Shown here piece by piece: positions 47,980-61,048 of a stretch of 64,000 bases of DNA (position 1 is the stretch's first letter; every line of letters starts with the position of its first letter). The stretch covers positions 207,824,001 through 207,888,000 of the forward strand of contig NC_042997.1 in the NCBI RefSeq assembly GCF_006345805.1, written 5' to 3'. Position numbers and translations under genes: made by a program. The DNA comes from Octopus sinensis (Eukaryota). A model generated the notes under the pieces. That model saw only the letters and a list, made by a program, of their open reading frames with translations, did no database searches and was not told where the DNA came from.

Positions 47980-50900
47980 AGATATTCCATCCATGGCCTT
48001 CCAGTCTACTGGGAGACATGGTATTATAGTGGATGTGGCAGAGAGACCTCTCACATGGCCACTGATGTGGTGTTAGTGAAGTTAAACATGTGGCCATGGT
48101 GTCTTCATGTAGCTGAAGTTGTATTGTTTCTTCTCTCCACTCACCATTCTGATTAAAACTGCTGAGTCTTGTGTTTGCTGTTGAAATGTCTATCAAGAAT
48201 GTTGAAGTTGAGGTTCTTTGGTGCATCTTGTGTCCCCAAGAATATTTGCAGCACAAAAGCAGAGTACAAGGTTATTATTTTCATATTGTAAGCAAGAAGG
48301 AGGAGGTGGAGGAGGTCCAACAATTAGGGTCATGGTCATTCATAAGAGAGATGACAAAGGAAAAGAGAAAAGATTCAAAAAGAAAGAACTTCACAAACAG
48401 TTCTACAGTGGACAGGAATTTCCCCTATTTCTTCATTACAGCGTATGGACATAAAGAAAGCCAGTAGATAAGAATTGTGTAGGTTGTCCACATTTCCATA
48501 TAGTCAGCTGCACAGACTACAAATTTGTAACTTGTACACTTGACTCAGGTAAGACAAATAGGCCAGGTCTCGGTTAGTGGAAGCTGACTGCGTCATTCAC
48601 AGCACGCCAGGCTTACAGGGACTAGATTAGCACATTAGTTAAGAGGGCATCGATGGGTGCCATTATCAACAACAGATGGTAGTATGCTCTAAAGAAAGCA
48701 ATTAAAAAGCTGAATCGGTTAGGTACAGTAAGGCCCTAGCATTAGACCAAAATAGAATAGAGGGAGACCTAGTTAAGAATTTAGAAGAGGCACTTAGAAC
48801 TGGCATTGTGTCCAATGTACTGGGAGCGAGGTTGGCCCTCGACCAACACCTAAATGCCAAACACAAAGAACACATTGACCAGAGCTAGGATGCATGCTCT
48901 GAGGAAGGAGTTGGAGCCACCCGAAAGGCCTAAGTGGCAGAGGCGCAACGAGGCAACAGAGCCACCATTAGGTCACTTACAAATGAACAGGAGTGCGAAT
49001 TACTCGAGCCTGAATGAATGTGTGAAGCCTTTCAACAACACTTTGCCTGACTGTTTGGGACAACTGGTGGGTCAGAATGCAGAGTGGACTTTAGTGCCTA
49101 CCTGCTTGCCCTGCCACGAGTCTCAGCAAGAGAGGCAGAGTGTTGTGAAAGACCCATCACAGCCGTGGACATATGGGATGCGATGGCAGGCTGCACGAGA
49201 GACAAGTCACCAGGCGTGGATGGTCTGCCCTACGAACTTTATTGTCATATGCCAGACTTGTTTAAAGGCATCTTGGCAGCAGTCTACTGCAACTGGCAGC
49301 AAAACGGAAGTATCCCCATCTTTGTAAAGTGAGGAGCAGTGAAACTGCTAAAGAAAGATTCAAACAAGGGAGACGACATAGATTACTTCAGGCCCATCAC
49401 TCTGCTCAACGCAGATTTGAAAATAGTCGACAAGATGCAATATGCACCATGCCAGGTCGGAGTATCCATGACAACCTCCATCTGATGCGCTACATCATAG
49501 ACAGGGTAGTTAAGGATCCTGGCATGGGTGGGGCGCTGATCAATTTGGATCAATCAAAACCCTTCGATAGGGTAGATCATCACTACTTGGAGGCTGTCCT
49601 TAAAGCAGCTGGTTTTGGTCCCACCTTCTGTAATTGGATCACTGCCTTATACAGCGGCATCAGCCTGGTAGTTCGCGTAAATGGTCATCTATCCAAACCA
49701 TTTAACATCATGCATTTGGTTCATCAAGGATGCCCCCTCTCGTAGCTCTTGAGTCACTACTGCGGAAGCTGGTGATGCTGAGGGGCATCCCATGAGAGCT
49801 GGGATGCAGGAGAAGTGTGTCTGCATATGCGGACAACATCACCATCATAGTGTCGAGCCACAAGCACATCGATCTGGTCGGCAAGACACTAAAACAATAC
49901 AAAGTGGTAACGGGAGCAAAAATTTACTGGGAAAAGTCAGTGGGTTTGCAGCTTGGCACCTGGAGAAGCAAGCCCATGCCGTCCAACAGCGTCTCCATCA
50001 TGGGACACTGGACCGATTAAATTGCTCATTGTCTGGTTCAGTCCGGACCTCCAAATGGAGAAGAACTGGGGTGAAAGAATGACTAGGGTGACCACTCTCA
50101 CCCAGCAATGGGCTGAGAGGAAGCTATCCCTAAAAGATCAGGTGGAGGTGGCGAATGCATACATCACATCCATCATCGAGTACCGTCTGACCATTGTACC
50201 TTGTCTCGACCCTACCATCACCAAACTGGAATGCATATTCTTCCACTTCCTGTGAAAGGGAAGCGTTCTAATGGTTAGGCGATCCATTTGCTGTCAACAC
50301 CTGCTAAATAAAGGGCAAAGCATGCTGTGGTTGATGATTTGTAGACATGCACTGAGACTGTGACATCTCTGGCACTTCATAGATGACCGTGAACAGGTGT
50401 GGTCGCCGTTTGTGCGGCACACTTTTCCACAGCTCATCTCCTTGGCCGAACTACAGTCGTGGATCAAACAGAGACCGAGGCTAGACGAATGGCACCACAA
50501 GTGTCGCTTTGCTCTAAAGCAACTCTGCTGTGCGACTTCATTACAAAAAAGGTGTTCTATAGAGGATTAGTGAAGGAGAGGTGCGACAACGTTTTTAGGC
50601 AGAATCTGGGCATCGACAAGGAACATCTGACCCACCTATTCAGGACAACTTTCAGGCTGGGACCTATGGACAATCACCAAAGATTGCTGACTGGCAGTGC
50701 TATTGAGAAGCATAACCTGTTCGGGATAAGCTCTACAGGCACGGTTCGAGATACACCAGGCCAACTTGCCCAGATGCGGTCAGAGCAATGAAAGCATTCT
50801 GCACACACTAGTGCAGTGTCCAACCGTTTTGGACCTGTGGGCTTATACTGAACGGCTGCTGTCACATGTGGGACGAGTTCACCTGTCAGCTAAGTCTATC

Positions 50901-51132
50901 GTGACAATTGCTCTTCCACCTTCCCTCAACTGGGGAGGCAAGGCAATCTTCATCGTACTGGTGGCCATGGTGAAAGAATGTGTGTGGTGGACTCAAGCAA
51001 AAGGATTAGAGACAAACACTTACCTCTCTGGCCAATCGCTCATCAACTTTTACAAGTGCCACTTGAAAAGGAAGGTGAGAATGGAAAGGCGGGTTTTGTC
51101 TCGTGAAACTTTCAAAAAAAGGTGGGAGAATG
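47980..51132 (+). mobile_element. Tx1/L1-like LINE (decayed)
   Basis: KSPGVDGLPYELY, FRPITLLNADLKI, PGRSIHDNL, LDQSKPFDRVDH, QGCPLS, AYADN, GAKI..EKS, WAERKLSL, and C-terminal CPRCG...ESILHTLVQC. The 5' boundary is uncertain. Confidence 0.8.
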
Positions 51133-51364
51133 TTTCAGTCATTGTTACTTGTTTCAGTCATTAGACTACAGCCTTGCTGGAGCAATACCTTGAAGAATTT
51201 TTACATGAACTAATTGATCTTTTAAGACAGATGCTTGTTTTAACATGTCATTTGCCAGACATCTAAGTTATGGGGACTTAAACAAACCAACATGGGTTCT
51301 TGAGTGGTGTATTCTGGGACTGACACAGCCACAAAGACACACATACACACTTGTGTATATGTAT

Positions 51365-53754
51365 GATGATGATTATCATGATCATGATGATCATCATGTT
51401 TAAACGTCCACTTTCCCTGCTGGCATGGTTTGACTGAGGGCTGGAGAGCCAGAAGGCTGCACCAGGCTCCAATCTGACCTGGCAATGTTTCTACAGCTGG
51501 ATGCGCTTCCTAACGCCAACCACTCCGAGAGTGATATGTGGATGCATTTTACGTGCCACAGGCACAGAAGCTGGTCAAGCGGTCCTGGCATCCATCACGT
51601 TCAGATAGTGCTTTTTATGTGCTACTGGCACAGGAGCCAGTCAGAAGGTACTGGTATCAGTCACATTGGGGTGATGCATTTTATGTGCCACTGGAATGGA
51701 AACCAGTCATGGGGCACTGGCCACAGCTGTGATTTTTGGTTTTACCTGACTCAACAGGCCTTCTCTAGGACATCATATTGCGTGACGCATCAGGTGTACT
51801 CTCAACAGGGTCAGACATGCAACACTGGCATCGGCCATGGATACGATTTCACTTTAGTTGCCAGGTCTTCTCAGTTGCACAACATATCTCCAAAGGTCAC
51901 TTGCCATTGCCTCAGTGAGGCCCAATGTTCAAAGTTCATGCTTCACCACCTCATCTCATGTCTTCCTGGGTCTACCTCTTCCATAGCTTCCGTCTACAAG
52001 TAGGGAGTGGCACTTCCTCACACAGCTGTCCTCATCCATACTTAACCCATGACCATACCAGCGCAGTCATCTCTCTTGCTCACCACATTTGATGCTTCTT
52101 CTGCACAACTTTTCTCTCAGGGTGCTTACACTCTGTTGTGTATGCACACTGACATTACACATCCAGTGGAGCATACTAGCTTCATTTCTTTCAAGCCTAC
52201 GCATATCCTCAGCAGTCATGGCCCATGTTTTACTGCCGTGTAACATGGCAGTTTGCATCATACAGTCTACCTTTCATCCTGAGCGAGAGGCCTTTAGTTG
52301 CCAGGAGGGGTAGGATCTCCCTGAACTTTGCCCAGGCTATTCTTTTTCTAGTGGTAACACTCTCTGAGCATCCACCCCAACTACTACCTTGCCCACCTAG
52401 GTAGCAGAAGCTAACAACTACTTCTAGTTTTTTCCCTTGTCATGTGATAGAATATGTTTTCTGTATATCTTCAGTGCTTATTGCCCCTGTGCATTGGCCA
52501 CACACAAAAACTATTTTCCTGGTTAACCTTCCTTTGATTTTGCTAAACCTTTTATGTGTCCATAGCTTACACTGGGTGCATTGTAAGGAGCTTCTACCCA
52601 TGCCTTTTCTACTGCTCGGTTCACAAATGGCCTTTACAAACTCTTTACATGAACACCACCCTGTACATAACTTCATGTCCCCCTACATGGCCTTGCTTTT
52701 TGCTTTTTGAGCCAAAAAACTAACCAACTAACTAACTAACTACAGATCAAGCAGGATCATCTACCTGAAGGGGTTTGTGATTTGTCAACTTTCCTATTTA
52801 CTAAGACTTTCGTTTTTGCTAGGTTAACCCTAATCCCCTTTGATTCTAGACCTTGCTTTCACACCTTAAATTTCGTCTCCTGTTCTGACAGTGACTCAGC
52901 TATTAGAGCAAGGTCATCAGCATAGAGGAGCTCCCAAGGGCAGCCTGTCTTGAATCTCTCTGTTATTGCCTGGAGGACTATAATGAACAAGACCGGCTGA
53001 TGACTGATCCCTGGTGAACCACTTCTAACCAGAATTCTTCACTATACTCGTGGCCAACCCCCACCTTACTAACAGCATCCCTGTGCAGGGTTTGTACAGC
53101 TCTTAACAACCACTCTTACGAATCCCCAGTCTCCACGTTGACCACCAGAGAAGGGATCAGGGGACCTGTCAAAGGCTTTTTTCATGTCAATGAAAGCCAA
53201 GTATAGAAGTTTATCTTTGGCTAGATATTTCTCCTGCAGCTGTCTTACCAGAAATATAGCATCAGTGGTGCTTCTGCCTGGCACAAAACCAAACTGCATC
53301 TTATCTAGGCTAACTCTCTCCCTAATTAGTTGGACTATGACCCTCTCTGTAACTGTCATCACCTGATCCAATAATTTGATACCTCTGTAGTTATTTCTAT
53401 CTAAAGCATCACCTTTCGCCCTTGTGACAGTTTGAATATGGTGCTGCAACACCAGTCATTGGGTATGACTCCTTCATGAACTACATGATGGTGGGTGACA
53501 AGACCCTAATCCACACCACCCGATATTTTAAGCATCCCTGCAGTGTCTTCATATCCTTAATTGCTTTATCTACAGGGTCCCTCAATTGGGTCAATCTTTG
53601 GAAGATTCTCCTCCTCCCAATTCATTCTCCACATTCAGCAGTCTTTCATAATGCCATCTCCAAGCCTCTTTCTTTGCAGAATCATTAAACACAAGGGCAC
53701 CATCTTCCATGCAAACACATTTCTCTCCTATAGCATCACAGTTTTCTCTCACAC
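51365..53754 (-). mobile_element. RTE-clade LINE 3' half plus tail
   Basis: NYRGIKLLD, QFGFVPGRSTTDAIF, FIDMKKAFD, LLYADDL, MLHGSKTW; (GAT)n tail at ~51365-51397. Confidence 0.85.
52613..52742 (+). mobile_element. 130-bp 3' fragment of the same CR1 family, inserted in the RTE
   Basis: actctttacatgaacaccaccctgtac...gagccaaa plus (TAAC)n matches the 3' end of 4611-4710; CTAC is present at both junctions. Confidence 0.85.
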
Positions 53755-55460
53755 ACTGTGGAAACTAGGGATAGATGAATGGTTAGTGAAAGCTGTGCAA
53801 GCCATGTAAAAGGATGCTGTCAGTAAGGTGAGGGTTGACAATGAGTACAGTGATGAATTCTGGATAGGGGTAGGGATCCACCAAGGATCAGTGCTCAGCC
53901 CCCTCCTATTCACCACAGTCCCCAGGCAATAACAGAGGAATTCAGGAGAGGATATCCCAGGGGAGCTCCTCTATGCTGATGACCTTGCTCTAATTGCTGA
54001 GTCACTATCAGAACTAGAGGAGAAATTTCGGGTGTGGAAGCAAAGATTAGAATCGAGGGCCTTAGAGTCAACCTAGTTAAAACCAAAGTCCTAGTAAGTA
54101 GGAAGTCAGACAAATCGCAAATTCCTTCAGGTAGATAGCCCTACTCGATCTGTAGAAAAGGTGTAGGTAGAAACTCCGTAAGATGTACCCAGTGTAAGCT
54201 ATGGATGCATAAGAGGTGCAGCAATATCAAAGGAAGGCTAACTGGAAAGATAGTTTTTGTATGTGGCAGATGCTCAGGAGCAATAAACACAGAAAATGTG
54301 CAGAGAACAGCTTCTGTCACATTCCTAGGGAGAAAAACTAGAAGTAGTTGATAGCTTCTCTTACCTAGGTGACCAAGTCAGTAGCAGGGGTTGATATTCT
54401 AAGAGTGTAGCTGCTAGAATAAGAATAGCCTGGGCAAAGTTCAGAGAGCTCTTACCTCTGCTGGTGACCAAAGGCCTCTCGTTCAGAGTAAAAAGTAGAC
54501 TGTATGACATATGTGTGCAATAAGCAATGCTACATGGCAGTGAAACATGGGCCATGACTGCTGAGGACATGCGTAATCTTGCAAGGAATGAAACCAGTAT
54601 GCTCCGCTGGATGTGCAATGTCAGTGTGCATGCACAACAGAGTGTAAGCACCCCGAGAGAAAAGTTGGACTTAAGAAGCATCAGATGTGATGTGCAAGAG
54701 AGATGACAGCACTTGTATGGCCATGTGTTGTGTATGGATGAGGACAGCTGTACAGCTGTGTGAAAAAGTGTCACACCCTAGCAGCAGAGAGAACCTAGCA
54801 GTAGAGGGAAGACCTGGGATGAGGTGATGAAGCACGACCTTCGAACATTGGGTTATACCGAGGCAATGATAAGTGACCGAGACCTTTGGCGATATGCTGT
54901 GCTTGAGAAGACTCAGCAAGCCAAGTGAGACTGTAACCATGACATATGCCAGTGTAGCTTAACCAGCCCGTTTAAGAGTACCCTTCAATCATTGGCCAAT
55001 AAACTGCACTTGCAAAGACCTGTTGAGACAAGTGAAGTCATTGTCACGGCCAATAACAGTACTTCCTGATTGGCTCCTCTGCCAGTGGTACATTAAAAGC
55101 ACCGTTCAAGCGTGATCTTTGCCAGTGCCACCTGACTGGTTCCTCTGCCAGTGGCATGTAAAAAGCATCATTTGAGCATGGTCGATGCCAGTGCCAGCTG
55201 ACTGGTCCTGTCCTGATGGCATGTAAAAAAAACCAGTCGAGTGTGATCATTGCCAGTACCACCTGACTGGCCCTTGTGCTGGTGGCATTTGAAAAGCACC
55301 CACTACACTCTCAGAGTGTTTGGCGTTAGGAAGGGCATCCAGCTCTAGTAAGTTTGCCAGATTGGAATGAAGCCTGGTGCAGCCTTCTGGCTTGCCAGCC
55401 CTCAATCAAACCGTCCAACCCATGCCAGTTTGGAAAGCGGATGTTAAATGATGATGATGT
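53755..55460 (+). mobile_element. RTE-clade LINE 3' half plus tail, back-to-back with the previous copy
   Basis: KLGIDEWLV, GIHQGSVLSPLLF, LLYADDL, YLGDQ, MLHGSETW, tail with ~60-bp subrepeats and (GAT)n. Confidence 0.85.
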
Positions 55461-55498
55461 TGAACATAAAACAACAAACAACAAATACATCAACCAAC

Positions 55499-55726
55499 CT
55501 TTGCTATTTCTGTGTCTTGAGGATAAACCACAAAGTTTACAACTTTGATCTGGCTTGAATTTAGATCTGAGTAGTTTTTCACTGCTTCATACATTGTTCT
55601 GGGTAGGTTTTCAATGGGGTACTTCAATGTTCCAGCCCCTAATATAGGAAATGCAAGGCTTTTTGCTCCCAATCCCTCAGCCTTTTCCAGACAAGTGGTT
55701 ATTATTTGAGTCAAGTTTGCCAGAAT
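55499..55726 (-). CDS. PARP14: PARP14-like gene exon, macrodomain second half
   Basis: ttttttatag| acceptor, AAG|gttggt donor, 228 nt, phase 0-0: ILANLTQIITTCLEKAEGLGAKSLAFPILGAGTLKYPIENLPRTMYEAVKNYSDLNSSQIKVVNFVVYPQDTEIAK (S.AFP..G.G macrodomain motif). Confidence 0.9.
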
Positions 55727-56333
55727 CTATAAAAAATAAGTGTTTAGCAATTGATAATGAACATTTTATTAAATATTTTCTTATAACAGAAGAAACCATT
55801 TAGTTGTAATAAATATATTCTCCTCTCACAATTCCTCTCACTCCTACCACTTCTAAACACAACTGTCATTCCTATCACTCTTTAGTCCTGCAAGGGACAA
55901 GGCAACCTCACTCATGTTGCTGCTACAATAAAACAGACCCAATCCACCGTATAAAATGATTGGTGAATGAAGAGAGACAATGCAGACTCAAGAGGAGTCT
56001 TTAGTGTTGTGAGGACATGACAACCTCTCTAGTGCTCGTGCCATGACAGAGAAAAACTCACCAATACAGACAGTAAAACAGAGAAATATGTTTTAATATA
56101 GTCTTATTTATCAGTCACATAACTGCTGTTAGGCCATGAGGCTTTTTCCCTTCTATTTATATATAAAAGTGTCCTGTTCATCGATATCTTCTGCTTCCTT
56201 CCAATGATAACTTGGAAGAACAAATATTAAACAGGATGCTGACATTTGCTTTATGATTCTCACACAACATGCATAAGGTTCTCTTCAAACATTAACTGTT
56301 TCAATAAATCAATATCATATTATTGATACTTAC

Positions 56334-56561
56334 TGAATCAGGGGAATTTTCATCCCAGGGAGGTAATACCAGATGAAATACATTCTTACAGTTGAGGTTA
56401 TATCCTTTAGTGACGGCTATTTTAGATGTAGAAATACCTTGAGGATATCTCTGGTTACATTCGTTTTGTATCTCAGGACCAGCAGCAAGGAGAATAAATT
56501 TGGAGATAGAACCATTGTTAAGCTCAAGGTTTTTATTGGTGCTGTTAACGATGACATCAAG
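56334..56561 (-). CDS. PARP14: PARP14-like gene exon, macrodomain first half
   Basis: ctttttcag| acceptor, |gtaagt donor, 228 nt, phase 0-0: LDVIVNSTNKNLELNNGSISKFILLAAGPEIQNECNQRYPQGISTSKIAVTKGYNLNCKNVFHLVLPPWDENSPDS. Not in the supplied ORF track. Confidence 0.92.
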
Positions 56562-56838
56562 CTGAAAAAGTAATTAATGGTAAACAACTAAGGAACATTC
56601 CATGGAGAGAAGAGAGATACATTGTTGCAGTTGATATTGTTGTTAAGAAAGGCTCTACAGAATGGCTGTAGTAAGTTTGAGGTTGTTAAAGTTAGCAAAA
56701 GATATACTCAAGATATCAGATGTGAAGGAAATAGAATGTTTGAGTTTGAGAAAATGTTTTAATTAACTTTAATGATTCCTCATTTGGAAATGAAATAACA
56801 ATTAAATATAAATAAGTTACATGAATCTATTTACTCAC

Positions 56839-56975
56839 AGATACATTAGAAATTGAATCAATCATTAGGTTTATTTCAATGCCATCATATTCTTTGGATG
56901 TCTCATTAGTTCTGGGTGTCATAGAGGATGGTTCCTGTTGTGAGCCAGGAAGGGATGCATTTGACGATGCAGTGT
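56839..56975 (-). CDS. PARP14: PARP14-like gene exon, linker plus first macrodomain strand
   Basis: ttttgtttatttccag| acceptor, |gtgagt donor, 137 nt, phase 1-0: TASSNASLPGSQQEPSSMTPRTNETSKEYDGIEINLMIDSISNVS, in frame with LDVIVN. Confidence 0.88.
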
Positions 56976-57071
56976 CTGGAAATAAACAAAATTCTTTATT
57001 TGCTTTGTTTTGTTTCTAATTTTTAATCAAACATTCTTCTCTGTATTTAAAGAACTACTTTATTCCATATC

Positions 57072-57235
57072 GGTTGGAAATTTTGGCACAGGGCCATCAA
57101 TTTCAAGAGGCACCAAAAGTTGATTTTTTTGACTCCAGTTTTCAACTGGTTCTCATTTTATAGACCCTGAAACGATGCAACTCAGACTGATGAAATGCAG
57201 CTAAACATTTCACCCAATTTGCTGATGATCGTACC
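57072..57235 (-). mobile_element. Decayed SINE of the family related to the satellite
   Basis: Minus strand reads ataaaatgagaaccagttgaaaactggagtc...gaaattgatggccctgtgccaaaatttcc. Confidence 0.65.
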
Positions 57236-57279
57236 TTACAATAATAATAATAATGATAATAATAATAATAAAAATTTAG

Positions 57280-58707
57280 AATGGAATTTGGATTCAAGAG
57301 TATGATGTAATCTACCTAAAAAGATGCAAGGCACACTCCCTGACAGAAACAGAATTACTGAATATAGACTCGTTTGAGCAAATTGAAATGGAAGAACACA
57401 AATATCTTTGTGTACTAGAGTTCAATGAGATAATGGAAAAGGAAATGAAAGAGCAACTGAGGATGGAGTATTTCTGAAGACTGAGGTTGGTGCTGCACTC
57501 AAAATTGACTGGATGGAATAAAGTCCTGGCAGTTAATACGTTGGTGATAGCATTACTTCGGTATGGAGTGGGAATTATAAAATGGAAAAAAAAAGAGAGA
57601 GAAGTGAAGAAAAAGATACCAAGACCAGAAAAATGTTGACAGTACACAGAACCTTCCACCCTAAGAGTGACGCCAATAGGTTGTACTTGTCCAGAAGAAA
57701 GAGTTGGGGAGGTTTGATCAGTTGCCTGGATGATATCAAAGGAGAGAGAAACAGCTTAGGGTGATATATAAAAAATTCTGTGGAGCCAGTGTTGAAGGCT
57801 GGCATCATCAAAACTGAGAATTGAGTAACTAAAGAAAAATTTAAACAAGAAATGAACAAATAAAAAGGCAAAAAAACATGGAAGGAAAAAAATGTGTGGT
57901 GAGTTTGCAAGAGATGTGAATGCCAAGACAAATGCAAAAGACCAGTATCTGTGGATGAGGTGGAATGACCTGAAGATAGAGATAAAAGCACTCATATGTG
58001 CAGCTCAGGAACAAGCATTAAGGACCAATTATATGAAATGCAGAATTGACAACACTACCTATAGCGACAAATGCAGAATGTGTGGTGAGAGGGGTGAAAC
58101 AGTATGGCACATCATTAGTGAATGCCCGAAATTGGCACAACATGAATACAAATGCCATCATGATAATGTAGAATGAATGATCCATTGGAAGCTCTGTGGA
58201 AATCATGGCCGACAAAGAGCAGAGACATGATATGAGCAAACCCCAGAAGAAGTCACCAAAAATGAAAACTGTATGTAATGATCCAGTGCAATCACCTAAC
58301 CAGACATAGGAAACCAGACATTGTTGTGGTGAATAAAAAAGAAAGAACATGTGTGAGTATCAACATAGCATGCCCCGGTGACAAGCGGATCAATGGGAAA
58401 GAAGAGAAAATAGGCAACTATGATGATTTAAAGGAATATAAAGGCTGTGCTTAGTGAGGAGAGTAGATGTAAGACCAATAGTAATTGGTGCACTTGGAAT
58501 TATCAGCACTCATCTACTAACATGGCTGAAAAAGATCGGTACAAGTGTGAAGGAAGAACACCTACAAAAATCAACATTGCTTGGATGTGCAAGAATTCTT
58601 TGTAGGGTTCTTGAAGCATGACCAGTAAACAAGTGTCACCTTAGTCTGCTGGCTGTGGACAGCTGACATTTTCCATCATACCCAGCAAAATAAACTGGGT
58701 TTTCATA
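57280..58707 (+). mobile_element. R4/Dong-like LINE 3' half between (AAT)n tracts
   Basis: MEFG, HPKSDANRLYLSR, ALICAAQEQALRTN, CRMCGERGETVWHIISEC, KPD, GALG; (AAT)n at 57241-57270 and from 58708. Confidence 0.85.
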
Positions 58708-60570
58708 TAATAATAATGATAATAATAATAATAATAACAATAACAATAATAATAATAATAACAATAACAATAATAATAATAATAACAATAATAATAATAA
58801 TAATAATAACAATAACAACAATAATAATAATAATAATACTCAATACCACAGATTTGCTATTCTGCTCAATACCACAGATTTGCTTTGTTTTGTCTTGGTA
58901 TAAAAGATGGCTACAGCAAATATTCTGCTCAATACCACAGATTTGCTAAATGCCCTGATGCAGTACCAGGCAGCTGCTCTCATAGCTTCTGATCTTAACT
59001 GATTGGAAGTGTTATCATGTACATTGTTTTGTCTTGGTATAAAAGATGGGCTACAGCAATATTCTGCTCAATACCACAGATTTGCTAAATGCCCTGATGC
59101 AGTACCAGGCAGCTGCTCTCATAGCTTCTGATCTTAACTGATTGGAAGTGTTATCATGTACATTGTTTAGTCTTGGTATAAAAGATGGGCTACAGCAAAT
59201 ATTCTGCTCAATACTGCAGATTTGCTTGTCAGTTGTTTGACCATAACCAGTTGAGCATGTCCCTTAGTGGCTGACGATATGTGCATCTCTGATCACGAGC
59301 AGAAGTAGTGGGGGAGCATCATGGACATGTGTTCAGAGGGATTCTTTGGGGTTTGAATAATTCACCTCTGGAAACATGGGTGGTTCTTTCAACATCCTTA
59401 ACAACCCTTATTCAGGGACCTTTTGAGCGGGATGGGCTGCTCAACTTGAAGGAAATTCTAACTGGGCCCCACCTACAAGGTCATGTGATGTTTATCTTGA
59501 TATGAGATCACCATGTTGCGCACATATGGTTGTGATGCATGTGCCTGGTGTACCCTTATCAGACGGATAGTCATGTTGGGTATATTGGGCTTCGTATATT
59601 TTACCCCAGTGTCACTTTGATGGCATGCACTGCTCTCTCACACAATAATATAACAATAACAATAATAATAATAATAATAATAACAATAACAATATAATAA
59701 TAATAACAATAATAATAATAATAATAATAATAACAATAACAACAATAATAATAATAATAATACTCAATACCACAGATTTGCTATTCTGCTCAATACCACA
59801 GATTTGCTTTGTTTTGTCTTGGTATAAAAGATGGCTACAGCAAATATTCTGCTCAATACCACAGATTTGCTAAATGCCCTGATGCAGTACCAGGCAGCTG
59901 CTCTCATAGCTTCTGATCTTAACTGATTGGAAGTGTTATCATGTACATTGTTTTGTCTTGGTATAAAAGATGGGCTACAGCAAATATTCTGCTCAATACC
60001 ACAGATTTGCTAAATGCCCTGATGCAGTACCAGGCAGCTGCTCTCATAGCTTCTGATCTTAACTGATTGGAAGTGTTATCATGTACATTGTTTAGTCTTG
60101 GTATAAAAGATGGGCTACAGCAAATATTCTGCTCAATACTGCAGATTTGCTTGTCAGTTGTTTGACCATAACCAGTTGAGCATGTCCCTTAGTGGCTGAC
60201 GATATGTGCATCTCTGATCACGAGCAGAAGTAGTGGGGGAGCATCATGGACATGTGTTCAGAGGGATTCTTTGGGGTTTGAATAATTCACCTCTGGAAAC
60301 ATGGGTGGTTCTTTCAACATCCTTAAACAACCCTTATTCAGGGACCTTTTGAGCGGGATGGGCTGCTCAACTTGAAGGAAATTCTAACTGGGCCCCACCT
60401 ACAAGGTCATGTGATGTTTATCTTGATATGAGATCACCATGTTGCGCACATATGGTTGTGATGCATGTGCCTGGTGTACCCTTATCAGACGGATAGTCAT
60501 GTTGGGTATATTGGGCTTCGTATATTTTACCCCAGTGTCACTTTGATGGCATGCACTGCTCTCTCACACA
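58708..60570. repeat. Near-identical tandem duplication (~924-bp offset) of (AAT)n plus the 550-bp element with 5' reiterations
   Basis: 58838-59644 and 59762-60570 differ, as far as I can see, only by single-base homopolymer indels. Confidence 0.9.
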
Positions 60571-61015
60571 ATAATAATAACAATAATAATATAATAATAA
60601 TAATATAATAACAATAATAATAACAAAAACATAATAATAATAATAATAATAACAATAACAATAACAATAATAATAATAATAATAACAATAATAATAATAA
60701 TAATAATAATAACAATAATAATAATAATAATAATAATAACAATAATAATAATAATAACAATAACAAAATAATAATAATAACAATAACAAAAAATAATAAT
60801 AATAATAATAATAATAACAATAATAATAATAATAACAATAACAATAACAATAATAATAAATAATAACAATAACAACAATAATAATAATAAAATAATAATA
60901 ATAACAATAATAATAATATAATAATAATAACAATAATAATAATAATAATAATAATAACAATAATAATAATAATAACAATAACAATAACAATAATAATAAT
61001 AATAACAATAACAAC

Positions 61016-61044
<29 letters not shown>
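60571..61044. repeat. Compound (AAT)/(AAC) microsatellite
   Basis: Direct reading. Confidence 0.97.

Positions 61045-61048
<4 letters not shown>

Noticed and set aside
56373-56573. 66-aa plus-strand ORF
   Set aside because: Antisense to the real minus-strand macrodomain exon 56334-56561.
57187-57200. Other CTGATGA motifs as hammerhead cores (also ~11665, ~40655, ~52997)
   Set aside because: I could not find matching helix I plus GAAA/UH arrangements; they fall within SINE or LINE sequence.
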